From contig JAVKCM010000069.1 of assembly GCA_040222735.1 (NCBI GenBank), positions 5,811 through 69,810 of the forward strand: a stretch of DNA of 64,000 nt, given 5' to 3'. This document shows positions 27,044 to 36,788 of the stretch, piece by piece. Below the pieces are notes generated by a model that saw only the letters and a program-made list of their open reading frames with translations, had not been told where the DNA came from and made no database searches. Positions within the stretch are counted from its first letter, which is position 1. Each line of letters opens with the position of its first letter. The DNA comes from Fuerstiella sp. (GTDB lineage: Bacteria > Planctomycetota > Planctomycetia > Planctomycetales > Planctomycetaceae). The position numbers were made by a program, and so were the translations under genes.

Positions 27044-29947
27044 ATGTCATCATTGATGCGTCGAGCAGGTTCGGTCAGCATGGCTGCGCTGACAGCTGTC
27101 GGGCTGCTCTGGCAGACCGCGACGGCAGCAGCTCAGCAGGCCCCCGTGGTGCAGAATGATCCGTCGGCCGCGTCCGAAAAGGCAGATCGTGGCGTCCGGA
27201 TTGTTGTTCGCGAGGTGAATATCCGCAGTGTTTCGGCGCTGGATACCATCCATGGGCAGATTCAGCTTCGGGTGACGGTGACGAACGACCGGACAACTCC
27301 GGTTTCTGTACAGGCGTCGCAGTTCAGTCTGATGGTTGATTCGACGGCTACCATATTCAATCCGGCGGTAACAGAACCCTTGGTGGCCGGCCGGCACGAA
27401 ATCGCTCCGAAGAGCAGTCTGACGGGGAACCTGGCGTTTCATGTTCAGCACAACACGTCTGAGCAGCCCACACTGACATTGAAGTGGACAGATGGTGAGG
27501 CGACAACGGTCGTCGATGTGACTGAGGCGATTCGCAGGCTGCCCGGTGTGGCAACGACGCTGATGGGACCCGGAAACTGTCTGGCGGTTGTGGAACTGCA
27601 CCGCCCGCTGGACCATGTTGCCATCTGGGTGTTGGCCGAAGAATTCACTCGACTGAAGAATCGTCGGATCGAACATGTTGTGCTTGATGTGAAGAATCGG
27701 GCAGCCAAGCTGCCTCAGCATCTGCTGGGACTTCAGATCAATGCCTGGCTGACGTCGGTCCGACAGGGCGCGGCGGGCCGACAGTTTCCGTTTGCCATGC
27801 CGATTCAGGCGCCGGTGCAGTTCGAAACGTTTTTTGTGGTGGGGCTGCCCGAATCAACGCGACGCACGGGATATCCGGGAATTCAGACGGACGTCTTCAG
27901 CAACGATCGAGAACGCGCGATTGCGGACAGTCTGAAGACAGCCTACGCCGGCATTTCTCCGGAAGCTGCTCTGCAGGATCTGAACCACCCGGAGCGAGGA
28001 GTCCGCCGGGTCGCGGTGGAAGCGAATATTGACCGGCTGACTGAGGCTCAGATTCAGCAGGTACTGACGGAAGCCCGTCGCCAGTCCGATGAAAATCTCG
28101 CCCTGATCACCGAGAACCTGTATCGAGTTCCTTTTTCTTCCATTGCCGACACCCTGGAAGAACTCGCTCGAAGCGAAAACACGGACGTCTCAAGAGCCGC
28201 TACGTCGTCTCTGGTCCGCTCTGTATCGCCAGGGGCAGTCGCCGCAGTCAATCGGATCTGGCGTGAATCAGAAATGCAACCGCTGCTGCGACACGATATC
28301 GTGAATACGATTCTGGAAGCCAAAGATCACCGATATGCCGCGTTGCTGACGCAGTACGCCGAACAACTGCTGCTGCGATTCACCGAAGCCGATCCGACGC
28401 CGGTCGCTGAGGATGGGCGCCCGCAGGACGATGAGACGGATCCTGCGGACAACGCCGGGCGACCGGACGACGTGTCCACGGTCAGACGTCCCGCCGAAGC
28501 CGCTTCCGCTTCCTCTCCTGAGGCTCGTTCGCTGCGGAACGTGCTGTCATTTCTGTCCGAGCAGGATATTCACGATTTTTCTCACGTGGCCCGCGACAGA
28601 CTGCTGCAGATCACCGATCCGGTAATTCAGGATGTCGTGGTCAGTCACATTCTGAAGAATCCCGACTTTTCAGATGAACAACTGATGCGTGGATATATTG
28701 CTCAGCGACTGCCACCGTCGGCCATCGGTGACGGACTTGATCAGGAACAGCTGAAGAAACTGACGCAGCGACTGGGGCCGCGCGGCGAATCATCCGGCTC
28801 ACGCGTCACCCTTGAACTGATGAATGCCATCCGGCAGTTTCCGGATTCCTCCTGGACCGAGCAGCTGGTCGAACTGGCTGACTCAGGAGCCGTCAATGGC
28901 TCTGTACGAAACGAGGCCTTCCGTGTGGCGCTGGCCTGTGCCCGGCATGACCAGATGGATGAGATCATTGATCGTTTTGATTCGTATGACCGATTGAAAC
29001 GCACTCACCTGCTGCGGCAGCTGAGTGTCATGGAGCACCCGCGTTTTCTGGCACTCGCACGCCGCTGCCTGGATGAAGACGAAACGACTCAGAATCTCGC
29101 CCTGGACACGCTGCATCGAAACGGCAGTCCCGAAGCGATTCTGCTGATTGTCGAACGGCTGCGCGCCATCCGGACGACGGCGGAACATATCGAAGAACTG
29201 GACACGCGTTCGTTTCGCCTGGTCTCACGCATCTTTTCTCTGCTGCCTTCGGTCTCGCTGCCGGAAGCTTCACGGGAGGTCAACCTGTGTCAGCGGTCTC
29301 CGGTGCTGAATCTGTCAGAACGGGCGACGGCCTGCATACGAAGTTCTTATGCCACGTTCTTTCGCAATACCGCGATTCGTGACCAGATTCAGGAGGCATT
29401 TGAGCTGCGGCGGTCCGGAGAATATGCCGAGGCCATCCGTCGCTACGATTTCATTCTGGAGATGGAACCGTTCTACGCCAGCGGGTATGTCTCACGGGCT
29501 TCGCTGAAGCTGCGCACGGGAAAACCGGAATCAGCTATGCGGGACCTGGAAATGGCCGGTCAGCTGAATCCGGAAGATGCCACGATTCTTAGTATTACCG
29601 CCATTAATCAGGTCCGGCTTGGAAACGTCGACCAGGGCCTTGCCGAAGCAGAAAAAATTCTGGCGGCCGTTCCGGACCTGAAAACCACGCTGCGGCGGGA
29701 CACTTTGTACAACACGGCCTGCGTCTACGGCCGGGCGTCAGAGCTGGCGGCCAGTGAGGCCGACCGCGAAAGACACACACAGCGAGCCATGGAACTGCTG
29801 AAGGACTGTGTCGACCGGGAAGGCGGTTTTGATGATCCCACTCATCTGGTGGAAGACCCGGATCTGAACATGTTTCATGAACATCCGGACTGGGAGGGTC
29901 TGGTCGAGCGGGTTCGTGCCAATGAGGCCGGAAAACTGCAACCGTAA
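27044..29947 (+). CDS. Large exported protein: Ig-like N-terminal domain, HEAT-like repeats and C-terminal TPR domain
   Basis: Signal peptide from ATG 27044 (GGGAG RBS upstream). Beta-rich N-terminal domain (LRVTVTND...QFSL...). Alpha-helical HEAT-like middle. TPRs (EYAEAIRRYDFILEMEP...TLYNTACVYG). Confidence 0.72.
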   Translation: MSSLMRRAGSVSMAALTAVGLLWQTATAAAQQAPVVQNDPSAASEKADRGVRIVVREVNIRSVSALDTIHGQIQLRVTVTNDRTTPVSVQASQFSLMVDSTATIFNPAVTEPLVAGRHEIAPKSSLTGNLAFHVQHNTSEQPTLTLKWTDGEATTVVDVTEAIRRLPGVATTLMGPGNCLAVVELHRPLDHVAIWVLAEEFTRLKNRRIEHVVLDVKNRAAKLPQHLLGLQINAWLTSVRQGAAGRQFPFAMPIQAPVQFETFFVVGLPESTRRTGYPGIQTDVFSNDRERAIADSLKTAYAGISPEAALQDLNHPERGVRRVAVEANIDRLTEAQIQQVLTEARRQSDENLALITENLYRVPFSSIADTLEELARSENTDVSRAATSSLVRSVSPGAVAAVNRIWRESEMQPLLRHDIVNTILEAKDHRYAALLTQYAEQLLLRFTEADPTPVAEDGRPQDDETDPADNAGRPDDVSTVRRPAEAASASSPEARSLRNVLSFLSEQDIHDFSHVARDRLLQITDPVIQDVVVSHILKNPDFSDEQLMRGYIAQRLPPSAIGDGLDQEQLKKLTQRLGPRGESSGSRVTLELMNAIRQFPDSSWTEQLVELADSGAVNGSVRNEAFRVALACARHDQMDEIIDRFDSYDRLKRTHLLRQLSVMEHPRFLALARRCLDEDETTQNLALDTLHRNGSPEAILLIVERLRAIRTTAEHIEELDTRSFRLVSRIFSLLPSVSLPEASREVNLCQRSPVLNLSERATACIRSSYATFFRNTAIRDQIQEAFELRRSGEYAEAIRRYDFILEMEPFYASGYVSRASLKLRTGKPESAMRDLEMAGQLNPEDATILSITAINQVRLGNVDQGLAEAEKILAAVPDLKTTLRRDTLYNTACVYGRASELAASEADRERHTQRAMELLKDCVDREGGFDDPTHLVEDPDLNMFHEHPDWEGLVERVRANEAGKLQP

Positions 29948-30024
29948 GGCTTGCAGTCCGGCGTGACAACGTCATCCTGTGGCGGAGAAAATCGACGTAT
30001 TTACCACCGCAGGAGAAACGCCGA

Positions 30025-31404
30025 ATGATTCGCTGCGTCTTGTCAGTCGCGCTTTTGCTGTCCGCTGTCAGTGTCGCTCAGGCCCGTCAGTCCGATCCCA
30101 ATGTGGTCATCATCTTTTGTGATGACCTCGGATACGGAGATCTGGCCTGCTTCGGCAATCCGGTGATCGCGACGCCCCATCTGGACCGCATGGCGGCAGA
30201 AGGACAGAAGTGGACCGAATTTTATGTCGCCGCCTGTGTGTGTACGCCCAGCCGGGCCGCTCTGCAGACGGGACGCTACCCGATCCGCAACGGAATGTGT
30301 TCGAACACCAGACGCGTGCTGTTTCCGGATTCAAAGGGCGGGCTGCCACCGGGCGAGATCACCATCGGCCGGATGCTGCAGCAGCATGGATATGCCACTC
30401 ATGCCGTCGGCAAATGGCATCTCGGGCATCTGCCACAGTATCTGCCCACCAGTCACGGGTACGATACCTGGTTCGGCATTCCGTATTCCAACGACATGGA
30501 CCCCGTGAAGCACTCGCCGAAGGGAAGAGCCAGATTTGCTGATCCCCGAATAGAATACTTCAATGTGCCGCTGATGCGCGGAGAAGAAATCATTGAACGT
30601 CCGGCCGATCAGCACACGATTACCAGAAGGTACACGGAAGAGGCCGTTCAACTGATCCGGCACAATCAGGAAAAGCCGTTCTTCATCTATCTCGCTCACA
30701 ATCTGCCGCATGTGCCGCTGTTCGTGTCCGACGAATTCACGGATGTCAGCAGGCGCGGCCTGTATGGCGACGTGATCGAAGAAATAGACTGGTCCGTCGG
30801 GCAGATCCTGCAGGCGCTGCGGGATGCCGGCCTCGCCGACAATACATTGGTCGTGTTTACGTCAGACAACGGTCCCTGGAAGTCCTTTCGGCAGCAGGGA
30901 GGTTCGGCCGGACCACTGCGGGACGGAAAGGGATCCACATGGGAAGGCGGAATGCGGGAGCCCACCCTGTTCTGGTGGCCTGGCCGGATCAGTCCCGGAG
31001 TAGTCAGAGAACCGGGCTGCACGCTGGACCTGCTGCCGACCATCGCCGCTGTTTCCGGAGCATCGCTGCCCGCCGACCGAACTCTGGATGGCTACGATCT
31101 GTCTGCCGTGCTGTTTGACGGCGAAGCCAGCCCGCGAACGTCACTGTTTTATTATCACGGCGAGGAATGTTTTGCCGTTCGGTCCGGGATGTACAAGGCT
31201 CACTTCAAAACGAAGACATCTTATGTCGGACAGCAGAAGGCAGAAGTCCATGATCCGCCCCTGCTGTATCATCTGGGGCACGACCCGGGCGAGGAATACA
31301 ATATTGCGCAGGACCACCCCGAAATTATTGAAGCCATTCGCAGCTTGAAGGCTCAGCACGAAGCGTCCATTGAGCCGGTAGATAACGAACTGAACAAACG
31401 TTGA
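30025..31404 (+). CDS. Sulfatase (arylsulfatase A-like, S1 family)
   Basis: PNVVIIFCDDLGYGD, CTPSRAALQTGR, GKWHLG, FTSDNG, GKGSTWEGGMR, LYHLGHDPGE. Confidence 0.95.
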   Translation: MIRCVLSVALLLSAVSVAQARQSDPNVVIIFCDDLGYGDLACFGNPVIATPHLDRMAAEGQKWTEFYVAACVCTPSRAALQTGRYPIRNGMCSNTRRVLFPDSKGGLPPGEITIGRMLQQHGYATHAVGKWHLGHLPQYLPTSHGYDTWFGIPYSNDMDPVKHSPKGRARFADPRIEYFNVPLMRGEEIIERPADQHTITRRYTEEAVQLIRHNQEKPFFIYLAHNLPHVPLFVSDEFTDVSRRGLYGDVIEEIDWSVGQILQALRDAGLADNTLVVFTSDNGPWKSFRQQGGSAGPLRDGKGSTWEGGMREPTLFWWPGRISPGVVREPGCTLDLLPTIAAVSGASLPADRTLDGYDLSAVLFDGEASPRTSLFYYHGEECFAVRSGMYKAHFKTKTSYVGQQKAEVHDPPLLYHLGHDPGEEYNIAQDHPEIIEAIRSLKAQHEASIEPVDNELNKR

Positions 31405-31608
31405 AGAACGCATCGACGGCTTCGCCCGCAGCTGACGGCGCTGACAATATGTGACAATGCCGCTGCGTTCAGAAACCCGTTCACGCCGCCCGTCGAAAAG
31501 GCCGCCGCGAATCAGTTCACCGTGCAATGATTCCGACCGGTGACGTCCAGCCCACAATTTCGCCCCTTTTTTTCGCTTTATTTTCCATCTCCGAATCAGG
31601 AATCCGGT

Positions 31609-32283
31609 ATGAACTGTTTCCGTTGTCTTTGTCTGCTTCTGCTGGCTTCTGCGCCGGCCGCCGCGTTTGCTCAGCCGTTCCACAATCTTCTGGCCGATCG
31701 CAGTCTGGGAGACTGGATGAAGACCAACGGCGATCCGGTCACTGCCGGCTGGGTCATTGAAGACGGCGGTGTGCTGCACCTTGCAGGACGCGGTGGCAAT
31801 ATCATCACGCGCCGGCAGTACGGTGATTTTGAGCTTTGGTTTGAGTTTCGAATCGCGCCAAAGGGCAACAATGGTCTCAAGTACCGCGTTCGGGCCTACG
31901 ATCGACAGTGGCTGGGAATCGAATACCAGATTCTGGACGACGATGCCTTTCCCAGACTGACCCGCGATCACCTCACCGGATCATTATACGACCTTGCCGC
32001 ACCGAAACCGGATGTGACCCGACTGAATCCGGTTGGCGAATGGAATCTGGGCAAGATTCAGATTCGGAACCAGCGGGTACGGCACTGGGTAAATGGTCAG
32101 CTGCTGATTGATGAACCGCTGTGCGGCCCCGGCTGGAAAGACCGGGTGGCCGCCAGCAAGTTCAGCAAGAGAGAAGAATTCGGCGAAAACGTGCTCGGCC
32201 ACATCATGCTGACCGACCACGGCGGCGAGGTCTGGTATCGCAACGTGTTCATCCGGAGCCTGGATGGCTGCAGCTGTCGATGA
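31609..32283 (+). CDS. DUF1080 (3-keto-disaccharide hydrolase-like) family protein
   Basis: IITRRQYGDFELWFEFR..PKGNNG, IEYQILDD, TGSLYDL, GEWN, HWVNG, GHIMLTDHG.EVWYRNV. Signal peptide from ATG 31609. Confidence 0.88.
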   Translation: MNCFRCLCLLLLASAPAAAFAQPFHNLLADRSLGDWMKTNGDPVTAGWVIEDGGVLHLAGRGGNIITRRQYGDFELWFEFRIAPKGNNGLKYRVRAYDRQWLGIEYQILDDDAFPRLTRDHLTGSLYDLAAPKPDVTRLNPVGEWNLGKIQIRNQRVRHWVNGQLLIDEPLCGPGWKDRVAASKFSKREEFGENVLGHIMLTDHGGEVWYRNVFIRSLDGCSCR

Positions 32284-32292
32284 GAAGCGGCA

Positions 32293-32595
32293 TCATTCCG
32301 ATGAAGCGGAGGCTGCGGGCTTTGACGTCGAGCTGCCGGACGACGAATCGCCGGACGTGGTGGACGATTCCGTGGCCTTTTTCGCCGCGGATTCGCCCTT
32401 CTTGTAGGATTCGCTGCGATAGTCTGTCTGATAAAAGCCGGATCCCTTGAACAGGATGCCGCCACCGGCGCTGATAATCCGTCGGGCTTTCATCCTGCGG
32501 CAGTCGGGACACTTCCGCGTGGGGTCAGCCTTGATCGACTGAAATTCTTCCCATTCATGATCACAGGCGTCACAGCGATATTCGTAGGTCGGCAT
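32293..32595 (-). CDS. FmdB-family zinc-ribbon protein
   Basis: MPTYEYRCDACDHEWEEFQSI.....KCPDC...RIIS.GGGILFKGSGFYQTDYRS. Confidence 0.9.
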   Translation of the reverse strand: MPTYEYRCDACDHEWEEFQSIKADPTRKCPDCRRMKARRIISAGGGILFKGSGFYQTDYRSESYKKGESAAKKATESSTTSGDSSSGSSTSKPAASASSE

Positions 32596-32667
32596 TGAAA
32601 GGTTCCTGTGTATGTGTCTGGCTTGTGGCCCTGAAAAGTAAGGCACAAGAAAACTGATGAATCATAA

Positions 32668-33279
32668 CTACGGCTGGTCGCCGCGGTCGTTGTCACTGTC
32701 CGCTGGTCCAGCCTGCGGCGGAGCGCAGGTGACGATGACCTTGGCCGGTCGAATCACGCGGTCATGGATGCGATAACCGGGCTCGATGACCTGAAAGACC
32801 GACATCGGCTCGTGGTCCGCTGACGGCACCTGACTGAGTGCTTCGTGCAGGTTGGGATCGAAGGACTGGCCTTCCGGGTTGATCACTTCTGCGGAATGCT
32901 GTTTCAGAACATCGTGAAACTGCGAAGCGACCATTCGAATTCCGTCAATCAGGTTCTGTGTATCACCTGACTGTTCGGCCGCATCGATCGCGCGTTTCAG
33001 GTTGTCAATTCCCGGCAGCATGTCCCGAATCACAGACAGCGACTGATACCGGGTGGCATCGGCCGCTTCTCTCTGTGAACGACGGCGGAAGTTTTCCAGT
33101 TCGGCCTGAATGCGAAGCACGCGATCCTGCAGCTCCGCATTCTCTTCGCGGAGCCTGCCGATTTCGTCGGCCGGCGGACTTTCACCCGCACTTCGGTCAG
33201 CTGCTGCGGCATCGGCGGCCGCAGCAGCTGCGTCGTCCTGATTGAAATTGTGTTCGTTGTGGTTTTCCGTGGTGCTCAT
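32668..33279 (-). CDS. grpE: Nucleotide exchange factor GrpE
   Basis: LRIQAELENFRRR, LPGIDNLKRA, FDPNLHEA, GYRIHDRVIRPAKVIV. Confidence 0.96.
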   Translation of the reverse strand: MSTTENHNEHNFNQDDAAAAAADAAAADRSAGESPPADEIGRLREENAELQDRVLRIQAELENFRRRSQREAADATRYQSLSVIRDMLPGIDNLKRAIDAAEQSGDTQNLIDGIRMVASQFHDVLKQHSAEVINPEGQSFDPNLHEALSQVPSADHEPMSVFQVIEPGYRIHDRVIRPAKVIVTCAPPQAGPADSDNDRGDQP

Positions 33280-33398
33280 ATTCTGCGGACCCTGAGATTG
33301 AATCTGGTGGGGCGTTGCCGAGTTGTTACGAGGGCTGGTGGCGTGTCGAAGAGGACTCTGTCAGGCAGTGTCCATGACGCCCGCCGGCCGGCGGAGCA

Positions 33399-34541
33399 TC
33401 ATTCGTCATCGTCTTCGTCTCCTGCGAAGAAAGCCTTCACCTGTTCGAAAAAGGACTTCTTGTGAGGCATGACGTCTGATTCTTCCAGGCTGGCCAGTTC
33501 TCGCAGCAGTTCTTCCTGTCGAGCCGTCACTTTACGCGGCACTTCTACCTGAATTTCCACGATCAGATCACCGACGTGATGGCGACCATTGGGGTCCGGC
33601 ATGCCCTTGTGCCGCAGACGCATGACATCGCCGGGCTGGGTACCGGCCCTGATGGTCAGCGATTCCCGGCCCGTCAGCGTGGGAATTTCGACTTCCGCCC
33701 CCAGTGCTGCCTGAGAGAACGAGACAGGCAGCCGACACAGCAGGTCCTGCCCGTGGCGTTCGAACAACGGATGATCCCTGACCCGGAAGTTGACATGCAG
33801 GTCGCCGCGGGGACCGCCTTTGATTCCGGCTTCACCTTCGCCGCGAATCGGCATCTGCATCCCGGTGTCGACACCGGCCGGAATATTCACTTCCAGCCGG
33901 GTTGTCTTCATGGTCCGCCCACTTCCGCGGCAGTCGGTGCAGGGGTCCTTGACCATCCTGCCCTCGCCCCGGCAGGCCGGGCAGTTGGTCTGTACGCGGA
34001 AGAACCCCTGAGACTGCACCACCTGACCGTGGCCGCCACAGGTGGTACACGTCACGGCTTCACTGCCGGGACTGGCACCGCTGCCGTCGCACGTCTCACA
34101 GGTTTCGCGGCGGTTGATTTCCAGCGTCCGCGTACAGCCGGACGCTGCTTCCGGCAGCTCCAGCACGATTGTGGTCTCAAGCGAGGCGCCTCGGCGAGCT
34201 CCGCCGCGACCGCTCCGACCACCGCCGCCGCCACCACCGAATCCGAAGCCCTCAAAGATATCCCCGAAGGCGCTGAAGATGTCGTTGACGTCGTGAAAAC
34301 CGCCCCTGCCGGAACCGGACACGCCGGCGTGTCCGAACTGATCGTAGCGAGCGCGCTTCTGGTCGTCGCTCAACACGTCGAAGGCTTCTGATGCCTCTTT
34401 GAATCTTGCGACGGCTTCGTCGTCCCCCTGGTTACGGTCGGGGTGGAACTTCAGCGCCAGCTTCCGATAGGACTTCTTGATTTCCACAGCCGTTGCGGTG
34501 CGTGACACACCGAGCACTTCGTAGTAGTCACGCTGAGCCAT
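33399..34541 (-). CDS. dnaJ: Chaperone DnaJ
   Basis: RDYYEVLGV, LKFHPDRN J-domain, G/F-rich region, four CxxCxGxG repeats. Start placed at ATG 34541. Confidence 0.97.
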   Translation of the reverse strand: MAQRDYYEVLGVSRTATAVEIKKSYRKLALKFHPDRNQGDDEAVARFKEASEAFDVLSDDQKRARYDQFGHAGVSGSGRGGFHDVNDIFSAFGDIFEGFGFGGGGGGGRSGRGGARRGASLETTIVLELPEAASGCTRTLEINRRETCETCDGSGASPGSEAVTCTTCGGHGQVVQSQGFFRVQTNCPACRGEGRMVKDPCTDCRGSGRTMKTTRLEVNIPAGVDTGMQMPIRGEGEAGIKGGPRGDLHVNFRVRDHPLFERHGQDLLCRLPVSFSQAALGAEVEIPTLTGRESLTIRAGTQPGDVMRLRHKGMPDPNGRHHVGDLIVEIQVEVPRKVTARQEELLRELASLEESDVMPHKKSFFEQVKAFFAGDEDDDE

Positions 34542-34600
34542 TTGCATGATTCCGATCCAGGCGTATGCGAACTCTGCCGTTTTCCGAACAGGTCGGGGGG

Positions 34601-34632
34601 AAAAAAAACGGGACACCCGGAAGGTGCCCCGT
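34601..34632 (-). terminator. Rho-independent terminator downstream of the distal groEL
   Basis: Minus strand reads ACGGGGCACC-TTCCG-GGTGTCCCGT followed by a run of T. Confidence 0.8.
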
Positions 34633-34679
34633 GATCATTCTTCATCTGGCGGGGCCTGACAGGCCAGCAGACCAGTCAA

Positions 34680-36296
34680 TTATCGTACAGCACCCTGAAC
34701 AGTTGCCTTGGCGCCGCCGTCAGGATCATCCGTGCGGGTCACCAGCACCTGAGTTGTCAGCATCAGGCCGGCAATCGACGCCGCGTGTGACAGAGCGCTG
34801 CGAACCACTTTGGCCGGGTCCAGAATTCCGGCCTCCAGCATGTCTGTGTACACGCCCTTGACAGCATCATATCCCTGAGCTCCCTTCAGCTGCCGGACTT
34901 CGTCTGCAACAACCGCCCCGTCCATGCCGCAGTTGGTGGCGATCTGGCGAATCGGTGCTTCCAGTGCCCGAGCGACGATCTGAACGCCGATGGCTTCGTC
35001 GCCTTCGCACTTGACCTTTTCCACTGCCTCGATGGCTCGCAGCAGAGCCACACCGCCGCCGGGAAGAATGCCTTCTTCCACAGCCGCACGCGTGGCATGC
35101 AGAGCATCTTCCATGCGGGCCTTGGTCTGCTTCATTTCGGCTTCTGTCGCCGCTCCGACGGAAATCACGGCCACGCCACCGGTCAGCTTCGCCAGTCGTT
35201 CCTGGAACTTCTCGCGGTCGTAATCGCTGTCCGTCTTTTCGATGTGATCGCGAATCTGCTGAACCCGCGCCTTGATGGCTTTCTGATCGCCGGCACCTTC
35301 GATAATCGTGGTGCTGTCCTTGGAGATCTCTACCTTCCGCGCCGTGCCAAGCTGAGCCAGCTCGACCGTGTCCAGTTTGATTCCCAGATCCTCGGAAATG
35401 AGCGTTCCGCCGGTCAGGACCGCCATATCGCCCAGCATGGCTTTACGACGATCGCCGAATCCCGGAGCCTTCACGGCACAGACCTTCAGTACTCCGCGGA
35501 GCTTGTTCACGACCAGTGCCGTCAGCGCTTCGCTCTCGACGTCTTCGGCCACAATCAGCAGCTCTTTGCCGGACTGAGCCACCTTTTCCAGCAGCGGCAC
35601 CAGGTCACGCAGATTCGAAATCTTCTTTTCGAACAGCAGAATCAGGCAGTCTTCCATGATGCATTTCATGTCTTCGGCGCTGGTGACGAAGTACGGAGAA
35701 ATGTATCCCTTGTCGAACTGCATGCCTTCCGCGAACTCCAGCGTGGTGTCGTTGGCCTTGCCTTCTTCCACGGTAATCACACCGTCGCGGCCCACACGTT
35801 CCATGGCATCGGCGATCATGTCACCAATGGCCTTGTCATTGTTGGCGGAAATGGCGCCGACCTGAGAAACCTGAGCCTTGGATTCGACCGGCTTCGCCAG
35901 CTTCTGAACGCTTTCCAGAGCCGCCTCGACAGCCTTGTCAATTCCCCGACGCACAACCGTGGGATTGGCTCCCAGAGAGATGCTGCGAAGTCCTTCGTTG
36001 AAGATGGCTCGCGCCAGCACCGTTGCGGTGGTGGTGCCGTCGCCGGCGATGTCGCTGGTCTTGCTGGCAACTTCGTTCACCAGCTTGGCACCCATGTGCT
36101 CATATGGATCTTCCAGTTCCACTTCCTTGCTGACCGTCACGCCGTCCTTCGTCACTACGGGATTACCGAAACTCTTATCGATGATCACGTTGCGACCTGT
36201 AGGGCCCATGGTGACGGCGACGGCCTTCGCCAGAGTTTCAATGCCACTCTTCAGCTTCAGGCGAGCCGGGTCGTCGAACAAAAGTTGCTTTGCCAC
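34680..36296 (-). CDS. groL: Chaperonin GroEL (paralog without GGM tail)
   Basis: [52 protein letters not shown]. Ends [12 protein letters not shown]. Confidence 0.98.
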   Translation of the reverse strand: MAKQLLFDDPARLKLKSGIETLAKAVAVTMGPTGRNVIIDKSFGNPVVTKDGVTVSKEVELEDPYEHMGAKLVNEVASKTSDIAGDGTTTATVLARAIFNEGLRSISLGANPTVVRRGIDKAVEAALESVQKLAKPVESKAQVSQVGAISANNDKAIGDMIADAMERVGRDGVITVEEGKANDTTLEFAEGMQFDKGYISPYFVTSAEDMKCIMEDCLILLFEKKISNLRDLVPLLEKVAQSGKELLIVAEDVESEALTALVVNKLRGVLKVCAVKAPGFGDRRKAMLGDMAVLTGGTLISEDLGIKLDTVELAQLGTARKVEISKDSTTIIEGAGDQKAIKARVQQIRDHIEKTDSDYDREKFQERLAKLTGGVAVISVGAATEAEMKQTKARMEDALHATRAAVEEGILPGGGVALLRAIEAVEKVKCEGDEAIGVQIVARALEAPIRQIATNCGMDGAVVADEVRQLKGAQGYDAVKGVYTDMLEAGILDPAKVVRSALSHAASIAGLMLTTQVLVTRTDDPDGGAKATVQGAVR

Positions 36297-36354
36297 TTTC
36301 GAATGCTCCTTTGAGCGATAGTAATTAAAATGCTGAACGAATCCTGGAACGGAT

Positions 36355-36388
36355 GACGGCGGCGGCTGCCGCGGCAGCCGCCGCCGTC
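36355..36388. repeat. Perfect 34-bp palindrome between groES and groEL
   Basis: GACGGCGGCGGCTGCCG|CGGCAGCCGCCGCCGTC is an exact reverse complement of itself, 10 nt downstream of the groES stop. Confidence 0.9.
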
Positions 36389-36398
36389 TTTCAAACCG

Positions 36399-36695
36399 CT
36401 ACACAACCTTTGCCAGGATGTCGCTTTCGCGAAGAATCTTGACCTCTTCGCCGTCCACTTCGATTTCCGTGCCGCCGTACTTGCCGAACAGAACCTTGTC
36501 GCCAACCTCGACGCTGACAGGAGCACGTTCGCCGCTGTCCAGCAGCCGTCCCGGCCCTACCGCCACAACCGTACCACGCTGAGGTTTTTCCTTGGCCGCA
36601 TCCGGCAGCACAATTCCGCCCGCGGTGGTTTCTTCGGCATCGTCAGCCTTCACGACAATTCGGTCATCGAGAGGATTAATTTTCATGTCTGTCAA
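36399..36695 (-). CDS. groS: Co-chaperonin GroES
   Basis: [52 protein letters not shown]. Confidence 0.98.
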   Translation of the reverse strand: MTDMKINPLDDRIVVKADDAEETTAGGIVLPDAAKEKPQRGTVVAVGPGRLLDSGERAPVSVEVGDKVLFGKYGGTEIEVDGEEVKILRESDILAKVV

Positions 36696-36788
36696 CTCCG
36701 TATGGATTATTGATAGTGTTGGAATACCGCCGATCAGCGGCGTGGTTCAAGTCAATCCCGCCATGCGGGCCTGCATCGCAACGATTGC

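Noticed and set aside
35097-36314. Long plus-strand ORFs antisense to groEL (also 37084-38526) and similar shadows over rseP, smc, the FlgI-like gene and the sulfatases
   Set aside because: Typical antisense shadow ORFs of high-GC coding sequence, fully overlapping well-supported genes.
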